From NCBI GenBank assembly GCA_963741945.1, contig CAVUKA010000003.1, positions 192,001 to 256,000 of the forward strand: 64,000 nucleotides of DNA, read 5' to 3'. The stretch's first letter is position 1; each line of letters opens with the position of its first letter. Source of the stretch: an uncultured Gemmatimonadales bacterium (GTDB lineage: Bacteria > Gemmatimonadota > Gemmatimonadetes > Longimicrobiales > RSA9). This document shows, piece after piece, positions 40,413 through 49,953 of this stretch. The notes below the pieces were generated by a model. That model worked only from the letters and a program-made list of their open reading frames with translations, was not told the DNA's origin and did no database searches. Position numbers and translations under genes: made by a program.

Positions 40413-41315
40413 CTACTGCTCCTCGCCGCTTTCGCCCTCGCTCCCGCTCTCGGCACCTTCGGACTCGCCGCCCGTGCGCGCCTGCGCAATCGCTTCCGGA
40501 CGGGGACGACGCCGCTTCGGACGCCGCTTCGGCCGCTTCGGCCGATCCTTCCGCTCCTCCACTTCCTGCACACCCTGCTCACTGGAGTACGTCACGGCGC
40601 CCTCGTCCTCGCGCCCTGCGGTCTCCGGCATCTCCTTGCGCGCGGCCTCGATGGCGTCCGCGATCGCCTTCGTGATCAGCGCAACGCTCCGGATCGCATC
40701 ATCGTTGCCGGGGATCGGGTAATCGATCACGTCCGGGTCGGCATTGGTGTCTGCAATGGCGATGACCGGGATCCCGAGCTTGTTGGCTTCCTTGACCGCG
40801 ATGGTCTCCTTCTTGGCGTCCACCACGAAGATCGCCCCCGGCAGCCGCCCCATGTCCTTCACGCCCACCAGGTACTTGTTCAGCTTCTCCCTCTCCCGCT
40901 CGAGAAGGAGCTGCTCCTTCTTCGTGTAGAACTCGTAGGAGCCTTCCTCGATCCCTCGCTCCAGCTCCTTCAGGCGACGGATCTGCTGCTTGATGGTCTG
41001 GAAGTTCGTCAGCATCCCACCCAGCCATCGCTCGGTCACGTAGAACGCGCCGCTGCGCTCCGCTTCCTGCTCGACGATCCCGCGTAGCTGCCGCTTCGTG
41101 CAGACGAACACCACCCGGTTCCCGTGCATCACCACGTCCCGGACCTGCGCCTGCGCCTCCTGCAGGAGCTGGTGCGTCTTGCGCAGGTCGATGATGTGGA
41201 TCCCGCTGCGGGCCGCGAAGATGTACTTCCGCATCTTCGGGTTCCAGCGGCTGCTCTGGTGCCCGAAGTGCACCCCTGCCTCCAGCAGGTCCTTGATTTC
41301 CGGCGCTACTGCCAT
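40413..41315 (-). CDS. rpsB: 30S ribosomal protein S2
   Basis: [32 protein letters not shown]. Confidence 0.98.
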   Translation of the reverse strand: MAVAPEIKDLLEAGVHFGHQSSRWNPKMRKYIFAARSGIHIIDLRKTHQLLQEAQAQVRDVVMHGNRVVFVCTKRQLRGIVEQEAERSGAFYVTERWLGGMLTNFQTIKQQIRRLKELERGIEEGSYEFYTKKEQLLLEREREKLNKYLVGVKDMGRLPGAIFVVDAKKETIAVKEANKLGIPVIAIADTNADPDVIDYPIPGNDDAIRSVALITKAIADAIEAARKEMPETAGREDEGAVTYSSEQGVQEVEERKDRPKRPKRRPKRRRPRPEAIAQARTGGESEGAESGSEGESGEEQ

Positions 41316-41329
41316 TCGGTGTCTCTCTT

Positions 41330-41425
41330 CATGACTCGGGTTTTTCTCTCGTCCGCGACCTTCCCCCGCGTGCCGCCCCTCCCGGGGACCCTGGCCTCCG
41401 CGTCCAGCCGCGTGCGTATTTCGTA
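41330..41425 (-). promoter_or_regulatory. Putative S2 autoregulatory leader
   Basis: ACGCACGCG...GGGT...CGCGG...AAAAACCC layout resembles known rpsB leaders (GGGU/ACCC pairing). Confidence 0.5.
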
Positions 41426-41479
41426 TTTGCCCTGCCCGTCCCGCGCCACATGCCCCTGGCGGGAACCGCCGTCAGGCGA

Positions 41480-41878
41480 CTACCGCTTCGAGAACTGGAA
41501 CCGCTTGCGGGCCTTCGGGCGGCCCGGCTTCTTCCGCTCCACCTCCCGCGGATCCCGGGTCAGCATCCCGCCGGGGCGCAGCACGGCGCGATACTCTGCG
41601 TCCACCTTCAGCAGCGCCCGGGCCACGCCGAGGCGAACCGCCCCCGCCTGACCCGTCTTGCCTCCGCCCCGCACGATCACCTTCACGTCGAACGTCCCCG
41701 CGTTCTCCGTGGCGTTGAGCGGCTCGCTCGCGTGCTGCTGGTGGAAGTTGCGTGGGAAGTAGTCCTCGATGGGCCGCCCGTTGATCGACCACTCGCCGCG
41801 ACCCGGACGCAGATACACCCGTGCCACGCTGGTCTTGCGGCGGCCGACTCCATGATACTGCTGCACCGTCGTCGCCAT
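41480..41878 (-). CDS. rpsI: 30S ribosomal protein S9
   Basis: GRRKTSVARV, GGGKTGQAGA, ERKKPG..KARKRFQFSKR. Confidence 0.98.
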   Translation of the reverse strand: MATTVQQYHGVGRRKTSVARVYLRPGRGEWSINGRPIEDYFPRNFHQQHASEPLNATENAGTFDVKVIVRGGGKTGQAGAVRLGVARALLKVDAEYRAVLRPGGMLTRDPREVERKKPGRPKARKRFQFSKR

Positions 41879-42306
41879 CAGATCTCCAGATTCTCCGGCT
41901 GCTGCGCCTCGTGCGGGTGCTCCGCCCCGGCGTAGATCTTCAACTTCTTTCGGATGAGCCGTCCAAGGTTGTTCTTCGGCAGCATCCCTTTCACGGCCAG
42001 CTCGATCACCCGCTCGGGGTGCTCATCGCGCATGCGCGTGAACGGGATGTGCTTCTCGCCCCCCATGTAGCCGCTGTGGCGGAAGTAGGTCTTCTGCTCC
42101 TCCTTCCGGCCGGTCAGCCGAACCTTCTCGGCGTTCACGACCACCACGTAGTCACCCGTGTCCAGGTGCGGCGTGAACATGGGCTTGTGCTTCCCACGAA
42201 GCACTTCTGCCACCCGGGTGGCCAGACGCCCGAGGATCATGTCCTCCGCGTCCACGATCCACCACTTGTGCTCGATGTCGGTGGCCTTCGGTGTGTACGT
42301 CTTCAT
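41878..42306 (-). CDS. rplM: 50S ribosomal protein L13
   Basis: [34 protein letters not shown]. Confidence 0.98.
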   Translation of the reverse strand: MKTYTPKATDIEHKWWIVDAEDMILGRLATRVAEVLRGKHKPMFTPHLDTGDYVVVVNAEKVRLTGRKEEQKTYFRHSGYMGGEKHIPFTRMRDEHPERVIELAVKGMLPKNNLGRLIRKKLKIYAGAEHPHEAQQPENLEI

Positions 42307-42362
42307 GCGCTCGGTCTTCTCGTCAGTGCGGACCCCTGCGGCCCAAGGCGAAACAGCTTTGG

Positions 42363-42391
42363 AGGATAGGCAGACGATGGCGTGGTGTCAA
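42363..42391 (-). promoter_or_regulatory. Sigma70 promoter of rplM operon
   Basis: TTGACA-N17-TATCCT. Confidence 0.7.
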
Positions 42392-42419
42392 GACGGTGCG
42401 GCCGCTGAGGGTAGCCGCG

Positions 42420-43280
42420 TCAGGTGCTCCTGAAGGTCTCGAGAAACCGGGCGCGTGAGGCGTGCCTCAGCCGCAGCAGCGCCTTTTCCTTGATCTGGCG
42501 AACGCGCTCCCGGGTGATTCCGAGGAGGGATCCGATCTCCTCCAGCGTCATCGGCTCCTGACCATCCAGCCCGAAGTAGAGCCGGAGGATCTTGGCCTCG
42601 CGCTCCTTGAGCGTGCCGAGAGCCTCTTCCACCGTATCCAGGAGGGCGCGGTCGTACGTCTCGTCATCCGGGCCGGGCGAGAACTGGTCGGGCAGGTAGT
42701 CCAGGAGCCGGTTGTCTTCCCCGGGCGTGAGCGGGGCGTCGAGAGACAGGTGGGTCTGCGACAGCGACAGGGTGCGTCGCACCTCGTCCTCCGAGAGGTC
42801 CAGCTCATCCGCCAGCTCTTCCACGGTCGGCTCACGCCCGAGCTCCTGCAGCAACAGGGCGGACCGCTTGCCGATCCAATGCAGGGCACCGGCCCGGTTC
42901 AGGGGCACACGCACGATCCGGCTCTGCTCGGCCAGCGCCTGGAGGATCGCCTGCCGGATCCACCAGACGGCGTAGGAGATGAATTTGATCCCCTTGGTTT
43001 CGTCGAATTTGTGCGCGGCGCGGATGAGGCCGAGGTTCCCCTCGTTGATCAGGTCGGAAAGGGCAACACCCTGGTTCTGGTACTTCTTCGCCACGGAAAC
43101 GACGAAGCGGAGATTGGACCGGACCAGCCTGTCCAGCGCCTCCTCCTCCCCCTTGCGGATCCGCTGGGCGAGATCGATCTCCTCCTCCCGGGTCAGCAGC
43201 TTGTAGGCGCTGATCTCCTTCAGGTATTGATCGAGGGAGCTCTCGTCGTACTTGCCCTTGCGCGTGCTGGTGAAGCTCAT
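42420..43280 (-). CDS. RpoD/SigA-family sigma factor, short form lacking region 1.1
   Basis: SLDQYLKEI, NLRFVVSVAKKY, DLINEGNLGL, FISYAVWWIRQ, TLEEIG..TRERVRQI. Confidence 0.94.
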   Translation of the reverse strand: MSFTSTRKGKYDESSLDQYLKEISAYKLLTREEEIDLAQRIRKGEEEALDRLVRSNLRFVVSVAKKYQNQGVALSDLINEGNLGLIRAAHKFDETKGIKFISYAVWWIRQAILQALAEQSRIVRVPLNRAGALHWIGKRSALLLQELGREPTVEELADELDLSEDEVRRTLSLSQTHLSLDAPLTPGEDNRLLDYLPDQFSPGPDDETYDRALLDTVEEALGTLKEREAKILRLYFGLDGQEPMTLEEIGSLLGITRERVRQIKEKALLRLRHASRARFLETFRST

Positions 43281-43393
43281 GCAACGCTCCGCGAGCGCAG
43301 TTTGGCGTTCCCCGGATCCTGACCGGGGCAAGGATCTATGCCGAGCGTGCGGCGAGCCTCGACCTCTGGCGAGGGATCGCCGCCGCGATGTGG

Positions 43394-44164
43394 CTAGTTC
43401 ACTCCGCCCCCGATCCGGTCCCAGCGGATGTCCGTGAGCCACGGTACGTGAGACAGGGTTCGGGGATTGAACGAGTAATAGACGAAAAGCGGCTTCCCCT
43501 TGATCGCGCTGCCCTCCACGAACCCCCAGTACCGGGAGTCCTCGGAGTCATCGCGGTTGTCACCCAGCACGAAATAGCGGTCCGGCGGCACCACGATGGG
43601 GCCCCAGTTGTCCCGCGTCGGCCGATAGCGCGACCGCCGGGCAGGATCCAGCAGGTAGTCCGCCTGCCAGCTCATGCTCGGAGCGTGCGAGTCCAGCGGA
43701 TCGGCGTGCTGCGCATACGGCTCGGGCACGGCGCGTCCGTCCACGTACAGCACCTTCTCGCGCATGGACAGCGTATCCCCGGGCAGTCCCACGAGGCGCT
43801 TCACGTAGTTCTTCGTTGGGTCGTGGGGCGGCATGAAGACCACCACATCCCCGCGCTCCGGCTCCCCGAAGGCGGGCAGCCGCACGTGCGTACCGGGCAC
43901 CTGTGCCCCATAGACGGCCTTGTTCACCAGCAGGAAATCGCCGACCAGGAGCGTGTTCTCCATGCTCGCCGTCGGGATCCGGAACGCTTCGATCACGAAG
44001 GTTCGCACTACGAGGAAGAGGATGAACGCGATGACAAGCGACTTGATCCATTCCCAAGTCCACCGGCCCACCGAGGCGGCGACGCTGCGAGCACCACGCC
44101 CGTTTCCCGGGGCTGAGTCGCCTGTGTGCGTTCCGCTGGCTCGCTCGGTTCCGGACACGGCCAT
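43394..44164 (-). CDS. lepB: Signal peptidase I
   Basis: IPTASMENTL..GD, YVKRLVG.PGD, GDNRDDSEDSRYWG. Confidence 0.94.
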   Translation of the reverse strand: MAVSGTERASGTHTGDSAPGNGRGARSVAASVGRWTWEWIKSLVIAFILFLVVRTFVIEAFRIPTASMENTLLVGDFLLVNKAVYGAQVPGTHVRLPAFGEPERGDVVVFMPPHDPTKNYVKRLVGLPGDTLSMREKVLYVDGRAVPEPYAQHADPLDSHAPSMSWQADYLLDPARRSRYRPTRDNWGPIVVPPDRYFVLGDNRDDSEDSRYWGFVEGSAIKGKPLFVYYSFNPRTLSHVPWLTDIRWDRIGGGVN

Positions 44165-44265
44165 ATGCTTCGGGGTGGCGATTGATCGAACTCCCTGATC
44201 CACGGCCGGGGAGACGGCGGGGAAGAAATCATAGCGCCTCCTACCGTTGCGGGCCACCCCTCGGG

Positions 44266-44296
44266 AAGAAAGGGGCGGCGCCCTCGGCGCCACCCC
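44266..44296 (-). terminator. Intrinsic terminator after aldehyde dehydrogenase
   Basis: GGGGTGGCGCC-GAG-GGCGCCGCCCC-TTTCTT on the minus strand. Confidence 0.75.
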
Positions 44297-44336
44297 TCTT
44301 CGATCCTCGCTGACCCGGCCGGGGCAGCGGCCTCGC

Positions 44337-45830
44337 TCAGATGTCGTACGTGTCGATCTGGGCCCGCTGGAGACGACCCGAATAGTCCACGTAGACCACC
44401 TTCGTCTCGGTGTAGAAGTCGTAGACCTCCCACCCGCCTTCGCGGTGCCCGTTGCCGGTCTGCTTCACACCGCCGAACGGAAGGTGCGCTTCCGCCCCGA
44501 TGGTCGGCGCGTTGATGTACGTGATCCCGTTGTCCAGCTCCGTCATGGCCAGGAAAGCGCTCCGGACGTCCTCGGTGTAGAGCGCGCTGGACAGCCCGTA
44601 TTCAACCTCGTTGTTGATCCGGATGGCCTCGTCCAGCTCCTTGAACTTGATCACGCTCAGGACGGGCCCGAAGATCTCCTCGCACGCCAGCCGGCTGCCC
44701 GGACGGACGCCCGTGAGGATCGTGGGGTGAAAGAAGAAGCCATCGTCCAGGTCCCCCCCGGTGGCCGCCTTCCCCCCCGTGAGCACCTCGTCCCCTTCGC
44801 CCTGCGCGATCTGCACGTACTCGGCCGTCTTCTCCACGGCCGCCCTGTTGATCATGGGGCCGACATCCGTCTCGTCGAGCAGGCCATCACCCAGCTTGAG
44901 CGACTCGGTCCGGGTCACGAGCTGCCGCACGAACTCGTCATGGATGTCCTCGTGGAGGAGAAGCCGGCTCGTGGCCGTGCAGCGCTGGCCCGTAGTCCCG
45001 AACGCGCCCCAGAGCACGCCTTCCAACGCGAGCTCCATGTTCGCGTCCGGCATCACGATCTGGGCGTTCTTGCCGCCCATTTCCAGGGACAGCCGCTTGT
45101 GCATGCGCCCGCACGTCTCGCCCAGCTTCGACCCCACGCTCGTGGATCCGGTGAACGAGACCAGCGCCACGTCGGGGTGCTCGACGATCCGATTTCCCAC
45201 TTTGCTGCCGCCACCGTGGATGAGCTGCACGGATTCCGGGTGCACGCCCGCTTCCACCAGGATCTCCACCAGAAGCGTGGCGGTATGCGGCACGTCGTGG
45301 GCCGGCTTGAAGACCACGGCGTTGCCGGATACCAGCGCCGGGAAGATCTTCCACGTCGGAATGGCCATCGGGAAGTTGAACGGGGTGATGATCCCGGCCA
45401 CGCCGATCGGCCTGCGGTAGCTCATGGCCCACTTGTCCCGCAGCTCGCTCGGCACGGTGTGCCCGAACAGGCGACGTCCCTCGGAGGCGGCGTAGTACGC
45501 CGTGTCGATCCCCTCCTGCACGTCGCCCCGCGTCTCATCCAGGACCTTGCCCATCTCCCGCGTCATGGCGCGGGCGATTTCCTCCTTGCGTGCCGTCATG
45601 AGGTCGCCCACCCGCCGCAGCACGTCCCCCCGCTGCGGGGCGGGCACCTTCCGCCATGCGGCGAAGCCTCGCTTCGCCGATTCCACCGCCCGGTCCACAT
45701 CCTCCGCGGCCGAAGCCGGGAAGCGCCCGATCAGCTCGCTGGACCGCGCCGGATTGCGGTTCTCCGTGTACTCCCCCGTCGAGGGCTCGACCCACTCCCC
45801 CGCGATGTAGTTCCTGAACGTCTCTGCCAT
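44337..45830 (-). CDS. Aldehyde dehydrogenase family protein
   Basis: ITPFNFP, FTGST, LEMGGKN, GQRCT, EEIFGP, PFGGVK. Confidence 0.94.
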   Translation of the reverse strand: MAETFRNYIAGEWVEPSTGEYTENRNPARSSELIGRFPASAAEDVDRAVESAKRGFAAWRKVPAPQRGDVLRRVGDLMTARKEEIARAMTREMGKVLDETRGDVQEGIDTAYYAASEGRRLFGHTVPSELRDKWAMSYRRPIGVAGIITPFNFPMAIPTWKIFPALVSGNAVVFKPAHDVPHTATLLVEILVEAGVHPESVQLIHGGGSKVGNRIVEHPDVALVSFTGSTSVGSKLGETCGRMHKRLSLEMGGKNAQIVMPDANMELALEGVLWGAFGTTGQRCTATSRLLLHEDIHDEFVRQLVTRTESLKLGDGLLDETDVGPMINRAAVEKTAEYVQIAQGEGDEVLTGGKAATGGDLDDGFFFHPTILTGVRPGSRLACEEIFGPVLSVIKFKELDEAIRINNEVEYGLSSALYTEDVRSAFLAMTELDNGITYINAPTIGAEAHLPFGGVKQTGNGHREGGWEVYDFYTETKVVYVDYSGRLQRAQIDTYDI

Positions 45831-45964
45831 CAATTCCTCCTGCCGCCCGCGCCGGGCGGTCGTCGTTGTGCCAGGGTCCGGGGCAACCTGCGGGGGCGCC
45901 GCGCTCGCGGCAAGGTCGCGAGGCCCGCCTCGCCGCGTTCTCCCGTCGCCGCCCGCGGCCATGG

Positions 45965-46153
45965 TCACCACCACGCGATCGCCAGCACTGCCGCCACTGT
46001 GAATGCGAGCAGTCCCGAGTAGAAGATCCAGAGCCGGCGGAACGAGAGGGAGGGGTGAATGCGACGAGCCAGGAACGCCAGCGCGGCGCCACCTCCCAGA
46101 GAGCACCCGAGCCAGACCCCGGCGAACAGGGCAATGGCCACGCGGGGACTCAT
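45965..46153 (-). CDS. Small two-TM membrane protein
   Basis: 62 aa with two hydrophobic helices; ATGA overlap with the upstream regulator. Confidence 0.6.
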   Translation of the reverse strand: MSPRVAIALFAGVWLGCSLGGGAALAFLARRIHPSLSFRRLWIFYSGLLAFTVAAVLAIAWW

Positions 46154-47517
46154 TCCCCCGCTTCCTCCCGGACGAGGTGGTACTTGTCGATCTTCTTGTA
46201 GAGGTTGGAGCGCGGCATCTCGATGGATCGGGCCGTCTCGCTCACGTTCCAGTCATTCTCCCGGAGCTTGCCGAGGATGAACGCGCGCTCCGCCCGGTCC
46301 TTGAACTCCGCGAATGTGCTCGCCCGCATCACATCGGCCGCGAGCCCCCCCTCCTGACCGCCACCAGTGAGACGCTCGACTTCCTGGGGTCCCACTTCCG
46401 GACCGCGCGAGAGGATCAGCAGACGCTCCACCGTATTGCGCAGCTCCCGCACGTTCCCCGGCCAACTGTTACCGGCCAGCCGCTGCACGGCTTCCGGGGT
46501 GAACGTACGCGGCGGCAGCCGCTGCTCCTCCACCGCGCGCTCCGTGAAGTGCCGGACGAGCATGGGGATGTCTTCGCGCCGCTCACGCAACGCCGGCACG
46601 CGGATCGGCACCACGTTCAGACGGAAGAACAGGTCGTCGCGGAACCGGCCCTCGGCGATCTCCTTCCCGATGTCCTTGTTCGTGGCCGCAATGACGCGGA
46701 CGTCTACCTGGATCGCCTTCTCGCCACCCACGCGCGTGATCACACCGTCCTGAAGCGCCCTCAGCACCTTCGCCTGGGCCGACAGGCTCATGTCCCCGAT
46801 CTCGTCCAGGAAGAGCGTGCCGCCGTCCGCCTGCTCGAACTTGCCCGTGCGGTCCATGTGGGCGCCGGTGAACGCGCCCTTGACGTGCCCGAACAGCTCG
46901 CTCTCGATGAGCTCGGACGGGATCGCGGCACAGTTGACTTCCACGAACGGCTCTTCCGCCCGCGATGACACCCGGTGCAGCGCCCGCGCCACCAGCTCCT
47001 TGCCGCTCCCGTTCTCACCCGTGATCAGGACCCGGGCATCGGTGGGCCCCACTTTCTCGATCCGCTCCAGAACCGAGCGGATGGCGAAGCTCCGCCCCAC
47101 GATCTCGTAGCGGCTCTCGACCTCGTCACGGAGCCTCGTGACTTCCTGGTACAGGCCTCGCTGCTGCAGCGCATTGCGGATCGTGACCAGGATCCGATCC
47201 GTGTCCAGCGGCTTTTCGAGGAAATCGTAGGCACCGCGGCGCGTGGCGTCCACGGCGGTCTCGATGGAGCCGTGCCCGCTGATCATCACCACCAGCGCTT
47301 CCGGGTCCCGCTCGCGGAGCCGACCGAGTACTTCGAGGCCGTCCATCCGCTCCATCTTCACGTCCAGGAACGTGAGGTCAGGCCCCCACTCCTCGTGCAG
47401 CGTCAGCGCTTCGCCCCCGCCCGCCGCCGTCCGGACGGCGTGCCCCTCGTACTCCAGCACCTGCTTCAGGACGTGCCGGATCCCTTCCTCGTCGTCCACC
47501 ACCAGGATTCTCGCCAT
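46150..47517 (-). CDS. Sigma54-dependent response regulator (NtrX/NtrC-like)
   Basis: Receiver domain (VVDDE, LDVKM, EKP), GENGSGKE, GAFTGA, LDEIGD, Fis-type HTH. Confidence 0.94.
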   Translation of the reverse strand: MARILVVDDEEGIRHVLKQVLEYEGHAVRTAAGGGEALTLHEEWGPDLTFLDVKMERMDGLEVLGRLRERDPEALVVMISGHGSIETAVDATRRGAYDFLEKPLDTDRILVTIRNALQQRGLYQEVTRLRDEVESRYEIVGRSFAIRSVLERIEKVGPTDARVLITGENGSGKELVARALHRVSSRAEEPFVEVNCAAIPSELIESELFGHVKGAFTGAHMDRTGKFEQADGGTLFLDEIGDMSLSAQAKVLRALQDGVITRVGGEKAIQVDVRVIAATNKDIGKEIAEGRFRDDLFFRLNVVPIRVPALRERREDIPMLVRHFTERAVEEQRLPPRTFTPEAVQRLAGNSWPGNVRELRNTVERLLILSRGPEVGPQEVERLTGGGQEGGLAADVMRASTFAEFKDRAERAFILGKLRENDWNVSETARSIEMPRSNLYKKIDKYHLVREEAGE

Positions 47518-47518
47518 G

Positions 47519-48166
47519 CTAGACGCCCGCCGCCCGGCTGGCCACGAAAACGACAGAGTCGCCGCTGATGTACAGGGTGCGGATCCCCGGCGGCAGAGGG
47601 ACGGCCAGGGCGTTCGGCGGGAGATCGGGCTCGCCCCCACCGCGGAAACGCCGGAGGATGGACGGGATCAGGCGATCGGGGACCGGGATTCCAGCCGCCC
47701 CCAGCTCGTGGATCTCCAGCGCCACGCGGCCGCTGTCCGCGGGCGTGAAGCTACCCACCGCCTTGAGCGTGGTCGTATCCGGGAGGATCGACAGGATCTC
47801 ACGAAGCTCCGGAATGCGGCCGAACCGGGCCGTGGCCACAGCCCCCTCCAGCGTGACCTGTCCGTCTCGCAGCTGGATCCGGGGTCGCGCCACATCCCGC
47901 GGAAGAAAGCCGCCCCACCGGTACTCGATCAAGCTCTGAAGCTCCATCTCGTGCAGCGCCACCCGCTCGCGGCCGCCCGGCGTCCCGAGCTCGGCCAGCT
48001 TCCGATCCGCCTCCGCGGCCAGCTCCGGGGACGCGGCCTCCGGCGGCTGCCGCGTCCTGCCCCACAGGTCGACGATCTCCGACCGGTACAGCCACGCCGC
48101 GAGCAGCAGCGCCCCGATCACCGCCAGCCCGAGGAGCCGGCCCAAACAGCCCCGGAGCAGGAGCAC
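47519..48166 (-). CDS. Membrane-anchored hypothetical protein (possibly LmeA/DUF2993-like)
   Basis: N-terminal TM helix followed by an alpha/beta extracytoplasmic domain. Confidence 0.55.
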   Translation of the reverse strand: MLLLRGCLGRLLGLAVIGALLLAAWLYRSEIVDLWGRTRQPPEAASPELAAEADRKLAELGTPGGRERVALHEMELQSLIEYRWGGFLPRDVARPRIQLRDGQVTLEGAVATARFGRIPELREILSILPDTTTLKAVGSFTPADSGRVALEIHELGAAGIPVPDRLIPSILRRFRGGGEPDLPPNALAVPLPPGIRTLYISGDSVVFVASRAAGV

Positions 48167-48170
48167 GCGC

Positions 48171-48764
48171 TCAGCCCTTGATGCGCGCCATGATGTCCGC
48201 GGCCGCCGTCCCGAGCTTCGCCGCCACCCGCCGCTCGTAGCGCGCTCCCTTCGGCGACAGGTGACTCTCCATCAGGTCGATGGTCCGGACGTTGATCTCC
48301 GCGGAGTACTGCAGCGCGGACACCATGTCTTCGAAGTCCCGGAAATCACCGGCCCGGGCCGTGGGCTGCGCCCGACCCAGCGTGAGGTGCGGGTGGAACG
48401 CGCGGACTTCCCGCTCGAATCCCAGCGGCGCCAGCTCCCACTCCAGATCATGCTTGAGACAGCGGAGCTCCGGCGACGCTTCCGCCCCGAGCCAGATCAC
48501 TTTCGGGCGGCGCATCGTCGGGAACGCCCCTGCGCCACCCAACTTCACGACGAACGGCTTGGTCTTTTCCGCGACGCGGGCCACGGCTTGCTGCACTTCC
48601 CGGAGTCGCTCCGGGCGGACCTCGCCCAGGAACTTCAGCGTCATGTGCAGCTGATCCGTGTCCACCCACCGGACCGGAAGGGGCGACTCGTGCATACGCC
48701 GCGCCGCCCGGGTCATGCGCTGGCGATCCTTGGCCGTGAAGTTGATCGCTACGAAAAGTCTCAT
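48171..48764 (-). CDS. thpR: RNA 2',3'-cyclic phosphodiesterase (2H family)
   Basis: MRLFVAI; two HxT motifs (HMTLKFLG, HPHLTLGR). Confidence 0.92.
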   Translation of the reverse strand: MRLFVAINFTAKDRQRMTRAARRMHESPLPVRWVDTDQLHMTLKFLGEVRPERLREVQQAVARVAEKTKPFVVKLGGAGAFPTMRRPKVIWLGAEASPELRCLKHDLEWELAPLGFEREVRAFHPHLTLGRAQPTARAGDFRDFEDMVSALQYSAEINVRTIDLMESHLSPKGARYERRVAAKLGTAAADIMARIKG

Positions 48765-48777
48765 CAGCTCCCTGGGT

Positions 48778-49002
48778 TCAATCCCGCCCCGGTGTCAAAT
48801 CCAGGGCCACGTACCGGAATCCGAGCGCCCGGATCTCCGCGGCGAGGCTGGTCACTCGCTCCAGCTCCCCGAGTCCGACCCGCACGGCAGCGATGTCCGC
48901 GGCCGCCCCGACGGCGTCCACCCTCGCCTGCATGCCGGCCCGGCGAAGCAACTCTTCCACTCGTGCCGCTCGGAGCGCCGGCGTCGCTTCGTCCCGCGTC
49001 AC
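48778..49002 (-). CDS. Small protein resembling the LarE C-terminal domain
   Basis: GTG start overlaps the larE stop (GTGA); ends IRALGFRYVALDL. Confidence 0.6.
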   Translation of the reverse strand: MTRDEATPALRAARVEELLRRAGMQARVDAVGAAADIAAVRVGLGELERVTSLAAEIRALGFRYVALDLTPGRD

Positions 49003-49823
49003 ATCTCCAGCTTCACCAGGGTCTCGTCCATTGCCCCTCGTCGGTACCCGTCCACGTCGAGCAGGATTCGTTCGAAGCCGAGCTCGAGAAGCCGCGCCGC
49101 ACTCTCCGCCACCCGCGCAGCGGCCCCTTCGAGCTCCGCCGCAGCCACTTCTACACGGGCGACACTCCCGTGGTGCCGTACGCGAAACTCCTTCAGGTCC
49201 TGCTCGCGCAGCACCGCCTCGGCCGCTTCGACCTGCGCCAGCCGCTCGGGCGTCACGGCCAGCCCGTATTCGAGACGGCTGGCCAGACACGGAGACGATG
49301 GCTGGTCCCACGTGGGCAGACCCTGCTCGCGCGAGAGCACCCGGATCTCCGCTTTCGTCAGCCCCGCTTCCTGCAATGGCGAGCGAACGCCCCGCTCGCG
49401 GCCGGCCCGCGTACCCGGACGACGTTCCGCGGCGTCATCCGCGTTCGCCCCGTCCACCACCGTCCGCAGACCATGCTCGCACGCGACCGTGCCAAGCCGG
49501 GACCAGAGCTCGCTCTTGCAGAAGTAGCAGCGATCGACGGGGTTGGCGGCGTAGCGGGGGTCCAGGAGCTCGCGGGTGTCGACCTCCTGATGAGGGATGC
49601 CGAACCGCGCCACGCACTCCATGGCCATCCGGTGCTGGACTTCCGGGTACGCGCTGGACCGGCCCGTGACTGCCAGGACCTTTCCCGATCCCAGCACGTC
49701 CAGCGCCGTCTTCGCCAGGAACACGCTGTCCACTCCACCGGAATAGCCCACGCAGACGGAGTGGCAATCCTCGAGCGCACTCACCAGCGCCCGGCGCTTG
49801 GACTCCAGCAACACTCGATCCAA
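48999..49823 (-). CDS. larE: LarE-family ATP-dependent sulfur insertase
   Basis: PP-loop YSGGVDS, RCYFCK, RPG, SSPCLASR, RVRHH; TTG start with AAGGAG RBS. Confidence 0.9.
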   Translation of the reverse strand: MDRVLLESKRRALVSALEDCHSVCVGYSGGVDSVFLAKTALDVLGSGKVLAVTGRSSAYPEVQHRMAMECVARFGIPHQEVDTRELLDPRYAANPVDRCYFCKSELWSRLGTVACEHGLRTVVDGANADDAAERRPGTRAGRERGVRSPLQEAGLTKAEIRVLSREQGLPTWDQPSSPCLASRLEYGLAVTPERLAQVEAAEAVLREQDLKEFRVRHHGSVARVEVAAAELEGAAARVAESAARLLELGFERILLDVDGYRRGAMDETLVKLEM

Positions 49824-49953
49824 CCGTGCTCCTTCTCTCGGTCCCCGTGCCGCGCCCGGCGCGAAGCTACCGCATCCGCCCCTGCAGGACAACACGCGAA
49901 AGGCGTGACGCTTGACGGAAACGGGCCTGAAGGATACCCATCCGCCAACTTCC

